From NCBI GenBank assembly GCA_963706955.1, contig CAVPOC010000008.1, positions 352,001 through 416,000 of the forward strand: 64,000 nucleotides of DNA, written 5' to 3'. Origin of the DNA: an uncultured Verrucomicrobiae bacterium. Its GTDB lineage: Bacteria > Verrucomicrobiota > Verrucomicrobiia > Chthoniobacterales > Terrimicrobiaceae. Below the pieces are notes generated by a model. The model worked only from the letters and a program-made list of their open reading frames with translations. It was not told the origin of the DNA and searched no databases. Positions 28,933 through 40,095 of the stretch are shown piece after piece; position 1 is the stretch's first letter, and every line of letters starts with the position of its first letter. A program made the position numbers and the translations under genes.

Positions 28933-29973
28933 CTATTCTCCCTCATCTTTGGGAAAGTTCAATGTTCCCGCGGAGGCGAGGAGCGACGGATCGAAGTTCG
29001 GATGGATATCCAGATCGCCTGAGATCGACTGAGCGGTTCGCTGCGAAGCTGCGAACGCAATCATCAGGGCATTGTCGGTGCAAAGCTCCAGTGGAGCTGT
29101 CCGCAGGCGCAGACCCGATTCGCGACACATCTGGGCCACTCTTTCACGCAAGCGAGCGTTCGCGCTGACGCCCCCGCTGAGTCCGAGCAGGGAACGTCCA
29201 GATTCGTGGGCCGCCCTGGCAAGCTTGGTCACGAGGACATCGACAACAGCTTCTTGAAACGAGGCGCAAATGTCGGACAAATCCTCCTGCTTGAACCCGC
29301 TTTCCAAAAAATACCTCAGGGAAGTCTTGAGTCCGCTAAAGCTAAAGTTGAAATCATTCGAGGCGATCATGCTCCGGGGAAATGCAAATCTGAGCGGGTT
29401 GCCCGATCGGGCCAGACGGTCAATCTCTGAGCCCCCGGGATAGCCGAGTCCGAGGAGTTTGGCAACTTTGTCGAATGCCTCACCCGCGGCATCGTCCAGC
29501 GTGCGGCCCAGCAGACGGTAGCGTCCATAGCCCTCGACGTCGAAGAGCAGCGTATGTCCGCCGCTGGCGATCAAAGCCACATGCGCGGGAATTTCGCTCT
29601 CTCCGAAAAAAGGCGACAGCAAGTGCCCTTCGAGATGGTTTACCGGAAAGAACGGCTTTCCAGCTCCGAGCGCCAATCCCCTGGCTGCGGAGACACCAAC
29701 AAGGAGCGCGGCGGCAAGACCCGGACCTGTCGTGGCAGCGTAGGCGTCTACCCCATCGATGGAAAGTGCAGCTTCGCTGAGGGCGTCGCGCAGCAGGCGA
29801 GGAAGAAGCGCGAGGTGGTTTCGTGAGGCGACCTCGGGAACGACGCCACCATAAGGGGCGTGGAGAGCCGCCTGCGAAGCCACCCGATGCGCCAGGACCT
29901 GATCAAAGTCGCGTAGGATTGCGATCGCCGTCTCATCACACGACGTTTCGACCGCAAGAACTATGCGGCTCAA
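28933..29973 (-). CDS. tsaD: tRNA threonylcarbamoyltransferase TsaD
   Basis: ETSCDET, GGVVPEVASRNH, NHLEGH, SGGHT, DDAAGEAFDKVAK and TDNA. Confidence 0.97.
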   Translation of the reverse strand: MSRIVLAVETSCDETAIAILRDFDQVLAHRVASQAALHAPYGGVVPEVASRNHLALLPRLLRDALSEAALSIDGVDAYAATTGPGLAAALLVGVSAARGLALGAGKPFFPVNHLEGHLLSPFFGESEIPAHVALIASGGHTLLFDVEGYGRYRLLGRTLDDAAGEAFDKVAKLLGLGYPGGSEIDRLARSGNPLRFAFPRSMIASNDFNFSFSGLKTSLRYFLESGFKQEDLSDICASFQEAVVDVLVTKLARAAHESGRSLLGLSGGVSANARLRERVAQMCRESGLRLRTAPLELCTDNALMIAFAASQRTAQSISGDLDIHPNFDPSLLASAGTLNFPKDEGE

Positions 29974-31271
29974 GAACCCTTTCCCGCGCTCTTTTTGCGG
30001 ACGGGCTGCCGCTGCGAGAAAATGATCGTGCCGCGGAGAATGTCGGCCCCACGCGCAAGCTGGGGATCGCCATCCACCGATACCCTCCGATTGCTCCCGC
30101 CATCGGGGTCCCTCCGGGATTCCAGAAGGTCGAACTCCTGCTGTTGGGTGAGGCTAACCCGGATATTCGGCGTGACACCGATCTCATGAATGACCTGGCG
30201 TCCAGGGGTGAAATATTTTGCTGTTGTCAGGCGCAAAGCCGATCCGTCCGGCAAGGAGATGACGCTTTGGACGGATCCTTTGCCGAAAGTTGTCTCGCCG
30301 ACAATGATGGCGCGATTCAGATCCTTGAGCGCACCGGCGACCACTTCCGATCCGCTGGCGCTGGCATAGTTAACCAGAACCGCCAATGGATATGTGCGCG
30401 TCTTGCCTGCGCGGGAGGTGGTGCGGTATTCGCGGCCAGGGAGGCGCCCCTCTGTCGAGACCACCTTGGTTCCTGACGGAAGAAAAAGCCCGCTGACATC
30501 CACGGCACTGCTGAGAAGTCCCCCCGGATTGTAGCGCAAATCGAGAATCAGGGCCTGCATGCCTTCCTTTTCCAACTTGTCGAGCGTCTTCGCCAGTTCG
30601 CCGGCAGTGGGTTCGTTGAACTGCGTGATGCGCACGTATCCGACCTTGAGGTCTTCGGGATTCTCCGAAGGCAAGATCTGCGCGTCCTTGACGCTCTTCA
30701 CCTTGATGATCACCCGGGTGAGCTCGTAGTCCTTGATTTCTTTGGTGCTGGGCCGCTGAATCGTCAAAGCGACTTTTTCGCCTGCATCCCCGCGCAGCTT
30801 GTCCACGGCCTGTGTCAGGGTTAGCTTCTCGGTGGAAATTCCATTGATGCGTAGAATTCGGTCGCCGGGCTTGAGTCCGGCCTCGAAACCCGGGGTATCC
30901 TCCATCGGGTTGACGATCGTGAGCGCTCCATCTTCCATGGTAACAACCACGCCAAGGCCGCCAAACTCGCTCTTGGTATCTTCCTGCATGCCGCGAAAGT
31001 CACGCGGCTCCATGAATTGGCTATGCGGATCGAGCTCCGCGAGCATCCCCCGCAGTGCGCTATAGGTCAAATCACGATAGGAGATCTTTCCCTCGTCCAC
31101 ATAATCCTGGCGGATGAGTTGCATGGCGCGAGCGAGCACCTGAACGTTATCGTAAGGGGACTCCGGATCGACTTCCTGTGCGGTTTCGCTATCCTGCGCG
31201 CGCAGACTTCCCACGGCCAAAACCAGAAGAACAGTGGCTGCCAGTATCCTCAACATCGCAAAATCTATCAC
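29970..31271 (-). CDS. S41 carboxyl-terminal processing protease (CtpA type, PDZ)
   Basis: LDPHS, GLG PDZ, DLRYNPGG, SASGSE and TFGKGSVQ. Confidence 0.95.
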   Translation of the reverse strand: MIDFAMLRILAATVLLVLAVGSLRAQDSETAQEVDPESPYDNVQVLARAMQLIRQDYVDEGKISYRDLTYSALRGMLAELDPHSQFMEPRDFRGMQEDTKSEFGGLGVVVTMEDGALTIVNPMEDTPGFEAGLKPGDRILRINGISTEKLTLTQAVDKLRGDAGEKVALTIQRPSTKEIKDYELTRVIIKVKSVKDAQILPSENPEDLKVGYVRITQFNEPTAGELAKTLDKLEKEGMQALILDLRYNPGGLLSSAVDVSGLFLPSGTKVVSTEGRLPGREYRTTSRAGKTRTYPLAVLVNYASASGSEVVAGALKDLNRAIIVGETTFGKGSVQSVISLPDGSALRLTTAKYFTPGRQVIHEIGVTPNIRVSLTQQQEFDLLESRRDPDGGSNRRVSVDGDPQLARGADILRGTIIFSQRQPVRKKSAGKGS

Positions 31272-32146
31272 GTTTTTTGGCCTTGCAAGTCCCGCAGCCC
31301 TCCACCGCGCTCCAGGGAAACTTCCAGCGAAAGGTCCACCGCTCTGGCGGAATGGGTCATCTCGCCGACGGAAACGAAGTCAACCCCCGTTTCGGCGATC
31401 TGGCGAACTGTTTCCAGATTCACCCCTCCGCTCGCTTCGAAGGCCACACCCGGCCGCTTCAGCGAAACAGCCTCCTGCAACTCGGCAAGTGTCATATTGT
31501 CGAGCAGAACTACGTCTACTCCGCGCAACCTGACAAATCTTCGAACTTGCTCGAGGGTATCCGCCTCGAGTTCGACGCGGATACCTTGTCGCTCGGCTTT
31601 TACTCTTGAAATGGCGTCCTGCAGTTCCTCGAGACTGGAGCTCGCGGCGAGATGGTTGTCCTTTACCATCACCATATCATGCAGGCCAAAGCGATGGTTG
31701 ATCGCCCCGCCGGCGACGACGGCAGCTTTCTCAAAACGGCGCATTCCCGGAGTTGTCTTCCGCGTATCGAGAATTTTTGTCGACGTGCCCCTGACGGCAT
31801 CGACGAACCGACCGGTCAGCGTAGCTACACCTGAGAGTCGCTGAAGAAAATTCAGGGCGGTGCGCTCGGCGGTGAGTAATGAGGCAGCTCGACCACGCAC
31901 TACCATCACGATGTCACCGGGAGTGACACGCGCGCCATCTGGCACACGCCTGACAATCTCTAGATTTGCATCCACTCGCCGGAATACTTCCTCGGCCACG
32001 CCCAGGCCGGCAACAATGCAAGACTCTCGTGCGACTATTCGCCCCTCCGCAACGGTATCCTGATTGGTGAAATACTCCGAGGTGACGTCGCCGGACCCAA
32101 TGTCCTCAGCGAGCGCCAGGGCAATGATGTCGCCCTCAGGAGGCAT
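31268..32146 (-). CDS. nadC: Nicotinate-nucleotide diphosphorylase (carboxylating)
   Basis: EDIGSGDVT, ERTALN, DTRKTTPG, NHRFGL, KDNH and EASGG. Confidence 0.96.
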   Translation of the reverse strand: MPPEGDIIALALAEDIGSGDVTSEYFTNQDTVAEGRIVARESCIVAGLGVAEEVFRRVDANLEIVRRVPDGARVTPGDIVMVVRGRAASLLTAERTALNFLQRLSGVATLTGRFVDAVRGTSTKILDTRKTTPGMRRFEKAAVVAGGAINHRFGLHDMVMVKDNHLAASSSLEELQDAISRVKAERQGIRVELEADTLEQVRRFVRLRGVDVVLLDNMTLAELQEAVSLKRPGVAFEASGGVNLETVRQIAETGVDFVSVGEMTHSARAVDLSLEVSLERGGGLRDLQGQKT

Positions 32147-33209
32147 GCACGCCACGCCCGGAAGTTTCAGGCTCGAGAAGCTTCTTTTGCCAGCGCATAA
32201 GAAGAGGAGTATCAGCATCCAGGGAGGCCGCCTCCAGTGCGCCCCGAGGAGCAACGATCGATGAGTCAAGACCCAATTCCGCGGCGATCTTGTCTCTGGT
32301 AGTCTTCAAGCGCTCGAATCGTTCGGTTTGCTCGCGACTGGGCCGCCGCCGCGTCGACCTGGAGGGGGCCGGCCACTCGCCTTCCGGAATATGGAGGGCC
32401 AACGCGAGGATGATCTCAAAACTCTTGCGCCTCCGATTGCTCATTCTGGGAGTCGAGAACGCCTTCCCGTCGACCGCCTTCTCGGCAATGCGAACGATAT
32501 CTTCGTTGCTCATCACATGGAAAGGAGGACGATCCCAGGAGCGTGCTTCCACATCGCGCCAATGCCAGAGGACACGCAAGACCGATTGCGCCCGCGGGGA
32601 AAGCGCCGCCGTGCCCGGGATTCGCCACGCCTTCCCTTCATCTCGTCCACGCGGCTCACCGGCGGAGGCAATCATGCGATCACACGATTCGGAAAACCAT
32701 TCCCAACGGTTTAGTCGCAAAAGCTCGGCTTCGAGAATTTTCGCGAGGGGCAACAAGTATTTGGTGTCGTTGATCGCGTACTCGACCATTTGATTCGAGA
32801 GAGGACGCAAGGCCCAGTTGGCTTTCTGGGAAGCCTTCGAGAGCTTCACGCCGAAATGCTTGGCGACAAGCGCGGCCAGCCCCAATTCCTGGTATCCGCA
32901 CAGCCGCGCGGCGATCATGGTATCAAAAATATCGCTTGGGACAAACCGCCCAGCGCGATGCAGCATGCGCAGATCGTAATCCGCACCATGGAAAACCAGT
33001 CGCTTGCTGGCAAGCACCTCATAGAGAGGCTGGAGCGAGAATCCGGCGAGTGGATCGACAAGCAGGTTCTCGTGCTCGGTGCTAATCTGGATCAGGCACA
33101 GTTTTTCGAAATAGCTATGAAGGCTATCCGCTTCAGTGTCCAAAGCGATTCGCGACAGGGGGGTGAGCTTGGCGATAAGATCGGCCAAGCCCTCAGGATC
33201 TGAAATCAA
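32136..33209 (-). CDS. rnd: Ribonuclease D (DEDD exonuclease + HRDC)
   Basis: ALDTEADSLHSY, LCLIQ, FDTMIAA, WALRPL, YAINDT and an HRDC region. Confidence 0.92.
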   Translation of the reverse strand: MISDPEGLADLIAKLTPLSRIALDTEADSLHSYFEKLCLIQISTEHENLLVDPLAGFSLQPLYEVLASKRLVFHGADYDLRMLHRAGRFVPSDIFDTMIAARLCGYQELGLAALVAKHFGVKLSKASQKANWALRPLSNQMVEYAINDTKYLLPLAKILEAELLRLNRWEWFSESCDRMIASAGEPRGRDEGKAWRIPGTAALSPRAQSVLRVLWHWRDVEARSWDRPPFHVMSNEDIVRIAEKAVDGKAFSTPRMSNRRRKSFEIILALALHIPEGEWPAPSRSTRRRPSREQTERFERLKTTRDKIAAELGLDSSIVAPRGALEAASLDADTPLLMRWQKKLLEPETSGRGVHAS

Positions 33210-33817
33210 GGCTCGGCAATGAATTGGTCGCGCGGGAGTTCGTCTCCAGCCCGGCGCGCGCGGGGTTCTCGGACCTGTGTAGTGCCATCAGTCGGAGCCG
33301 TGACAAACGGCCCGCCAGCCAGTGGCGCCACGTCAGAAAATGCAACATCGGCAGCTTCGCTCGCTTTTCCTTCCAGCGGAAAATCCTTGCGCAGCGGAAA
33401 GTAGGGATATCCCTCCCACATCAAAATTCGGCGAAGATCAGGATGACCCTCAAACCGTATCCCCATCATGTCGTAGACTTCGCGCTCGTGCCAGTCAGCC
33501 GTCGGCCAGATGTCCGCGATGGTCGGGGCGACCGGATTGTCCTCGTCGGGGAGGAGCGTCTTCAGGCGAAGATGAATTCCTCCAGCCATCGAATAGAGCT
33601 CGTAAACCAACTCGAAGCGCGGGTAGTCGCCAAAATGGTCGACGCTGGAGACGTCAAGGAGGTAATCGAACCCGAGCTCTGCGCGGCAAAACTTGCAGAT
33701 GTCACGCAGGGATTCCATTTTGACAGAGAGCGATTGCTCGCCTCGGAAGTTTCCTTCCGAAAGGATTGCCTCGCCAAACGGCTTCTTTATGAGCGTCACA
33801 GCTTCGGCGAGGGTCAT
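33206..33817 (-). CDS. nuoC: NADH-quinone oxidoreductase subunit C
   Basis: [25 protein letters not shown] and PLRKDFPL. Confidence 0.96.
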   Translation of the reverse strand: MTLAEAVTLIKKPFGEAILSEGNFRGEQSLSVKMESLRDICKFCRAELGFDYLLDVSSVDHFGDYPRFELVYELYSMAGGIHLRLKTLLPDEDNPVAPTIADIWPTADWHEREVYDMMGIRFEGHPDLRRILMWEGYPYFPLRKDFPLEGKASEAADVAFSDVAPLAGGPFVTAPTDGTTQVREPRARRAGDELPRDQFIAEP

Positions 33818-34335
33818 ACGGTTTCGGCGAGGGCCTTTTTTTGATTTTCGACTGACCGCTCGGTCATGATCTTCCTTTGCAACTTGATCAATCCGTCCAA
33901 CAAAGCTTCCGGCCTTGGAGGACAGCCGGAGACATAAACATCAACGGGCAACAAGTGATCGATCCCCTGGAGAACCGCATAACTGCGATACATGCCTCCG
34001 CTCGAGGCGCAGGCTCCCATGGCAATGCACCATTTCGGTTCAGGCATCTGCTCCCAAATTCGTTTCACCGCCAGGGCCATCTTGTAGGTAACGGTGCCGG
34101 CCACAATCATCACGTCGCTTTGCCGTGGAGAAAATCTCATTACCTCGGCCCCAAAACGGGAAATGTCGTAGCGGGACGAGGACGCCGCCATTAGTTCGAT
34201 GGCGCAGCAGGCAAGCCCCATCGGCATCGGCCAAAGGGAGTTGCTGCGCATCCAGTTTATAGCCGCATCCAGGCGCGTAAAGATCACATTACCCTCGATC
34301 TTCGAGTCGTACGCGACCGGGCTTGATTCCCTCAT
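33814..34335 (-). CDS. nuoB: NADH-quinone oxidoreductase subunit B
   Basis: [19 protein letters not shown] and GCPPRPE. Confidence 0.97.
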   Translation of the reverse strand: MRESSPVAYDSKIEGNVIFTRLDAAINWMRSNSLWPMPMGLACCAIELMAASSSRYDISRFGAEVMRFSPRQSDVMIVAGTVTYKMALAVKRIWEQMPEPKWCIAMGACASSGGMYRSYAVLQGIDHLLPVDVYVSGCPPRPEALLDGLIKLQRKIMTERSVENQKKALAETV

Positions 34336-34417
34336 GACAACGAACCTATTTTTCCTCGCGCAACCGGCAAGAGCAAATTTGCGAAATCCCTGCCGTCTGC
34401 CGACTTGAGTTTCCCGA

Positions 34418-34993
34418 GTGTTCATGGCACGCATGCGAAATGGATCCTGTGAAACACGAGCCGTTCTTGCCGACGCATGCTCGGCTTTCGCCTGCAGCGT
34501 CGTGATTTTGCTGAGTTCCTGCGCTGATCGCACCCGGACGACGATTCCACCCGATCCGAAGGATCAATCAAGTCCTCGTCCGGCGGCAACGAAGGAGAGG
34601 AAGGCGCCGCCGCCCGAACGGGAAAGAAGCGTCGCGCCGCAAACCGTGGCACCGAAACCGCCGCCCAGCAAAGCGGAGCAGATAATTGGACTTGTTCGCG
34701 GAGGGCGGCTCGTCAATCAAGGCGACGGCGCGCTGGTCTTCTCGAAGTCAGGACTGACGCGCTCCTCGCGGTCTGGGCTTTACGAAGATGCCATCCTGCT
34801 CGCGCGATTGCGTCGCTCTCTCAAGGAGACCACTGGAGTTCCCGAAAGCGTCTCCGCCGGTGCCACCGTTCGCGAGGCCAAAGCATTTCTCGAGATCGAC
34901 GACAGCCTGCCAGCAGTGACGGCGGCAAGCGCGATCGACGCAGGCCTGCGCACTCCCGGGATCATCGCGGTTCAGGCGCGAACCGGGCAATAG
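34418..34993 (+). CDS. Putative lipoprotein with Pro-rich linker and possible BON-like C-terminus
   Basis: Lipobox ILLSSC. The C-terminal [13 protein letters not shown]...TPGIIAV resembles a BON fold. Start uncertain. Confidence 0.6.
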   Translation: MFMARMRNGSCETRAVLADACSAFACSVVILLSSCADRTRTTIPPDPKDQSSPRPAATKERKAPPPERERSVAPQTVAPKPPPSKAEQIIGLVRGGRLVNQGDGALVFSKSGLTRSSRSGLYEDAILLARLRRSLKETTGVPESVSAGATVREAKAFLEIDDSLPAVTAASAIDAGLRTPGIIAVQARTGQ

Positions 34994-34995
34994 AG

Positions 34996-35726
34996 TTAGT
35001 CTCTTCAGAGTCTTACCGACACGCTGTGCGACCGACTTGACCACCTTCACACGGGCATACCACTTGTAATTTGCCGGTATGACGATCCAAGGAGCATGGT
35101 CAAAGGAGGTCTTCTCGAAAAGATCCTCGGCCGCTTCGTTGTGCTGGTCCCAATGATTCCGATTACGCCAGTCCTCGTCGCTGATTTTCCAATGCTTGTA
35201 GGGATCGGCTTCTCGGCGTTTGAATCGGTCGAGCTGCTCATCCTTGGTGATGTGAAGGTAGAACTTGATGAGGATCACGCCGTCGTCGGCTAACTGGCGC
35301 TCAAATTCATTGATCTCGCGGTAGGCGCGCTTCCATTCTGCCTCGGTGCAAAATTTCTCGACGCGCTCGACCAGGACGCGTCCATACCAGGAACGATCAA
35401 AGATTGTTATTTCGCCGTGAGGGGGCAGCTTCTTCCAGAACCGCCACATATAGTGGTGCTGGTATTCTTCCGGCGTCGGCTTGACGATAGAATAGACGCG
35501 CACAAGCCGCGGGTCGAGCCGCTCGGTTACACGCTTGATGGCACCACCCTTGCCGGCGGCGTCAGGACCCTCCAGAGACAACGATTAGCGACTTCTTGCT
35601 CTCTCTGAGAACAAGCTGAGCATTGAGAAGCTCCAGTTGGTACTTCTTGAGGAGCTTCTTGTACTGGTCTTGATCTAGAGATTTCGACTGGTCAAGCTCA
35701 TCGAGCCGGATGCGGTCTTTAGCCAT
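34996..35726 (-). CDS. ppk2: Polyphosphate kinase 2 family protein (one extra base near 35580; 3' end probably also shifted)
   Basis: MAKDRIRLDEL...LIVV / LEGPDAAGKGGAIKR, FDRSWYGRVLVERVE and APWIVIPANYKWYAR. Confidence 0.9.
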
Positions 35727-35875
35727 AGCATTGGGGATTTCATGGCCCTTTAGCTGGATTGACCGTGAAAGGGAAGCCTCGAAACCGTCATCCCGCACAT
35801 GCTCTGCGGGACCGGGCTCTGCTAACCCTCGCGCCGAAGCGCGATCGCTGGCGCGATCAGCTACGCATCCGCGAC

Positions 35876-36470
35876 TTAGTATTTGACGGAACAACCGTAT
35901 GGCTTCGTGTTCGGCACCGACACAGCCTTCCCAGAGGTCGCTTCCGTCAGCGCGGCCTTCACGAAGTTATTCGACCCTTTAACAGTTGAAGGATCAGGCG
36001 TCGGCTTGTCATCGATCGCTCCCGCATAGATCAGAGTCCCCTCAGGATCGACGACGAACATCTCGGGCGTCGTCTTCGCATTGTAGAGCTTGCCCACCTT
36101 GCCATCCTCATCCACGAGGTAAGCGCTGGCCGCCCAACCATATTCAGAGATGCCTTGTCTTGGCAGCTTCCGGAGTTTCGTTGCCCTGCTTTCCAGGAGC
36201 CGACGAACAGATCGAAAGCCAGACGACACCTTTATCGGCAAATTCCTTTTGCAACTTTTGCATATTCTCCGAGCCGTAGTGCTTCTTGACGAATGGACAC
36301 CCAAAATTCACCCATTCGAGCACGACATACTTTCCTTTGTAGTCAGAAAGCTCGTGCTGCTTGCCCGAGAGATCGGGAAGCGTAAAGTCGGGCGCTGGTT
36401 TGCCCACTTGCGGAGCGGCGTAAGCTGAAACAGCCAGAGCAACGGCGAAAAGTGCAGGTAAGATTTTCAT
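35876..36470 (-). CDS. Secreted redoxin / AhpC-TSA family protein (one extra base near 36158)
   Basis: APDFTL, EWVNFGCPFVKKHY / YNAKTTPEMF, YAGAIDD and PYGCSVKY. Confidence 0.88.
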
Positions 36471-36522
36471 GGTCCGAGAAGTTATTCACTTCGGACGCTC
36501 GCGCAAGTTGTGAAGAATTTCT

Positions 36523-38602
36523 TTATCCTCGGGCCTTGGAAAGCGCATCGAGGACAATCCTTTCGGTCAACAGTTCCGGCAGAATGATCGGCTGATCAGC
36601 CTTGCCGCGGGGATAAAGCACGTAAAATGGCACTCCCACGCGCCCGAACTTTTTCAGAGCGGCGGTGATCTCGGGATTGGCATTGGTCCAATCAGCCTTC
36701 ATGGGGACAATACCATCTTTGGCGAACGCTTCGCGCACCGCAGGAACATTGATCGCGGTGCGCTCGTTGAATTTGCACGAGATGCACCAGTCTGCTGTGA
36801 AGTCGACGAAGACAGCTTCTCCGGCATTTAGCAACTGTTCGAGCGCGCTTGTGGAGAACGGCTTCCAATCGATGCCCTCACCCGAGCGCTTGGCGGTCTC
36901 AGGTGTCGCCGAACCCGCGAAGATACCCGGGAGAAAGGTTCGCGCACCGAAAAGGACGACCAGGGTGATGACCGTCAGCGAGATGAGCCGCGCTCGTCGG
37001 GACGAGAGCGGTCCGCAAAAGGCGCCATAAATCCAGCAGGCCAAGGCAAGACAGAGAAGGAACGCGCACGTCCCCAGGACGGCGGTGAGTCCCCTTTGAT
37101 TGCCAAGAATGTAGAGGAGCCAGAGGAGAGTCGCCAAAAGCGGGAATCCCATGAATTGTTTTACCCGTTCCATCCACGACCCCGGCTTGGGCAGCAGCTT
37201 CAACCAACCCGGACGGGCAGAGAGGAAAAAATAGGGAGCACTCATCCCGAAAGCTACCGACGCAAACATCGCCAGGATCACTATCCAGGACTGACTAAAG
37301 GCAAAACCAAGGGCGGTTCCGAGGAACGGAGCCGTGCAAGGCGTCGCGAGCAGTGTTGCAAAAATCCCTTGGAAGAAGGAACCGGCGTAGCCTTCCTGTG
37401 AAGAAGCGTCCGCCAGTGCGGTGCTCGCGCGGCCGGGTAAAACAATTTCGAAGACGCCGAAAAGATTGAGCGCAAAGACCAGCACGATGCAGCTGATGAC
37501 GAAGTTAAACCAGGGATTTTGAAACTGAAATGCCCACGTCACTTCACTGCCAGCGAGCTTCAGTGCCACAATGACTATTCCGAGCCCCAAGAACCACGCA
37601 AAGATTCCTCCGACAAACGCCAACCCATGGCGAAAGATCCTCTCTGGATGATCGCCGGCCTGGCGAATAAAACCAAAAATCTTCAGCGAGATCACCGGAA
37701 GCACGCACGGCATCAGGTTCAGGATCAGTCCGCCCACGAATCCGAAAAGCAACGCTTGCCAGAGACTTGTCGCGTTCGGGGCCGCCGCCGAGACCTGCGC
37801 GGGCATACCGGGGACGACCGATGTTTGCTCAGTCGAGGAGACCAGCCAGCCTTTGCGATCCTCCTCTTTTTCGACCACCAAGACCCCGCGAAACTCGCTT
37901 GAGTCTGCAAGCGTAATCGTCGATTGCCCGTCTTTGAATGGGTCCGTTCTTTGGATGAGTCACCTGTTCGCCCTTTGGTGGCAGAGGGTAAAGATCGACC
38001 GACTTGGCACCGGCTAAGTCGCTTACCGTCAGATCCAACGAAGTGCCACTCTTCGTCCACTTCAGCGAGTACGGCGGTGCTGTGGCTGCGGGAAGAATCG
38101 AGCGGAATTCGTCGAAGAGCTCCGCGTTTGCTCGTGCGGACTGATCGGCAACGGGAAGAGACAGTTCCAGGTTCGCTGATCCCGGAATGCATATTTCTGC
38201 ACAGACCAGCCAGTCGACCTTGGCCTGAAGTGTAACGGTAGTCTCCGAAATCTTCGCAGGGGCTACAATCGCCGTCAGGAGAAGAACCTTGTCTTTGTAG
38301 GCGTAGACTTCGATGTCACCCGGCTCGAGCACACGGTGCGGGAGAGGCCACTGGATCGGTCCGGCTACGAAACCTTCGGGAAGTGTCCAGCTAATCGAGG
38401 TGGGCAGCCCAGCGTCACCGGGATACTCCCAATAGGTATGCCAGCTAGGCTCCATCTCCAGCAGGACGCCGACTTCAAACGGCTTTCCGGGAACAATCGC
38501 CGTCGTATCGGCCAGGAGGGAAGCCTTGACGAGCGTCTTGCCCTCAAAGACCTGCGCGTGCGCGACTATCGTCAGCAGGCAAAAGAGAACGCAGCGAAGC
38601 AT
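36523..38602 (-). CDS. DsbD-family thiol:disulfide interchange protein (one extra base near 37935)
   Basis: WHTYWEYPGDAG and CAEIC in the N-domain; LNLMPCVLP and ATPCTAPF in the TM domain; DFTADWCISC in the thioredoxin domain. Confidence 0.92.
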
Positions 38603-38727
38603 GCCTTTCGCTTACCACACCGGCAGGTGGCGTGCAAATTGGGCCCGGAGAAGATCGACCGCTCGTAAGCAGCAGCCTTACCCCGGAAAAGTGCCGGAAC
38701 CCAATCTCCTAGCCCGCAGGAGACCGG

Positions 38728-39702
38728 CTAGTCGCCGTAGCCGTTCGGATTCTTAACGTGCCACGCCCAAGCGCTTTCCACAATGGTCCGGATATCCTGG
38801 TATCTCGGCTTCCATCCAAGTGCTTCCCTGATGCCGTCAGAGGAGGCAATCAGCCTGGGAGGGTCACCAGGCCGTCGCGGTTTTTCAACCGCCTTGATGT
38901 CCTTGCCGGTGACCTCCCGACAGGTTTGGATCACTTCTTTGACAGACGTTCCGCCGCCGGTCCCCAAGTTAAAGCGCGCGCTCTTCTCGGCTTTTAAGGC
39001 CAGGATATGAGCCTGCGACAGGTCGAGAATGTGAATGTAGTCCCGAATGCAGGAGCCGTCTGGGGTGGGATAATCGGTGCCGTAGATATCGACGGCTTCG
39101 CGCTGCCCAAGCGCAACCTTCAGAATATTGGGGATCAGGTGCGTTTCAATGCGATGATCTTCACCAAACTTTTCCGTCGCGCCGGCGGCATTGAAATAGC
39201 GCAGAGCGATATACTTCAAACCATGAATCTCATCGTACCAGCGGAGAACCTTCTCAAAGAGCAGCTTCGATTCTCCATAAGGGTTGATGGGGATTTGCGG
39301 CATCGACTCGTCGATGGGGACACGATCAGGAATTCCAAATGTCGCGCATGTCGAGGAAAAGACGAACTTCTTCACACCGCTCTCAACAGCGGCGTCGAGC
39401 AGGTTCACGCCGTTGGCCACGTTGTTTCGAAAGTATTTCGAAGGATTTTGCATTGACTCACCGACGAGAGCGTTGGCGGCAAAGTGCATGACTGCATCCG
39501 GCTTCACTTCACTCATCGCCCGGCTGATGACGGTGCGGTCCGCCAGATCGCCCTGAAAGAATTCTGCTTTGGGATTCACGGCTTTGCGATGGCCTTCCGT
39601 CAGATTGTCGAACACAGCTACTTCGTAGCCTTCGTTGAGCAATTGTTCGACGCAGATGCTGCCGATGTAACCTGCTCCCCCAGTGACAAAAATCGTCTTC
39701 AT
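38728..39702 (-). CDS. galE: UDP-glucose 4-epimerase
   Basis: TGGAGYIG, HFAA, FSST, YGESK, LRYFN and RDYIH. Confidence 0.96.
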   Translation of the reverse strand: MKTIFVTGGAGYIGSICVEQLLNEGYEVAVFDNLTEGHRKAVNPKAEFFQGDLADRTVISRAMSEVKPDAVMHFAANALVGESMQNPSKYFRNNVANGVNLLDAAVESGVKKFVFSSTCATFGIPDRVPIDESMPQIPINPYGESKLLFEKVLRWYDEIHGLKYIALRYFNAAGATEKFGEDHRIETHLIPNILKVALGQREAVDIYGTDYPTPDGSCIRDYIHILDLSQAHILALKAEKSARFNLGTGGGTSVKEVIQTCREVTGKDIKAVEKPRRPGDPPRLIASSDGIREALGWKPRYQDIRTIVESAWAWHVKNPNGYGD

Positions 39703-39790
39703 TGAAGAAAAGTTGCTATCTGGATTACACAGGACAATCAATAGCGGAAAAGAACTCCCCACCCCCTGGTCTCAACATTGGCAGATGCTA

Positions 39791-40095
39791 TAGGAGACTG
39801 TCGAAAAACTCACGACTGTCACGCGCGAGCTCTTTGGGGTAAATATCGGTGAAGCGACGAAGGAGCATCCCCTCAAGGGGCTGTAACTGAGGAGCGACGC
39901 CCGTGAGGGGAAGGGCCCCTCACCCTTCCAAGGTGCCCCAAAGAGTTCGCGCCCTCCGGGTTGCGCTAATTTTCGGCCCTCGCGGTGTCGCCAAGCTTGT
40001 CCGTAGCTCTGCGGCTACGACCTGCGCTTGGCTCCTTGCGATCTTCCGAAAATTGGCAGCAACGTGGCATACGTGAGTTTTTCAACAGTCTCCTA
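39791..40095. mobile_element. Non-coding MITE-like element (about 305 bp) with 24-bp terminal inverted repeats
   Basis: taggagactgtcgaaaaactcacg (39791-39814) versus cgtgagtttttcaacagtctccta (40072-40095): 23/24 match as inverted repeats. No transposase inside. Confidence 0.8.

Noticed and set aside
34748..34995. C-terminal extension of PPK2 overlapping the convergent lipoprotein gene
   Set aside because: PPK2 similarity ends near 35000, and a TAA lies at 34996-34998 in another frame. The read-through is probably due to another indel.
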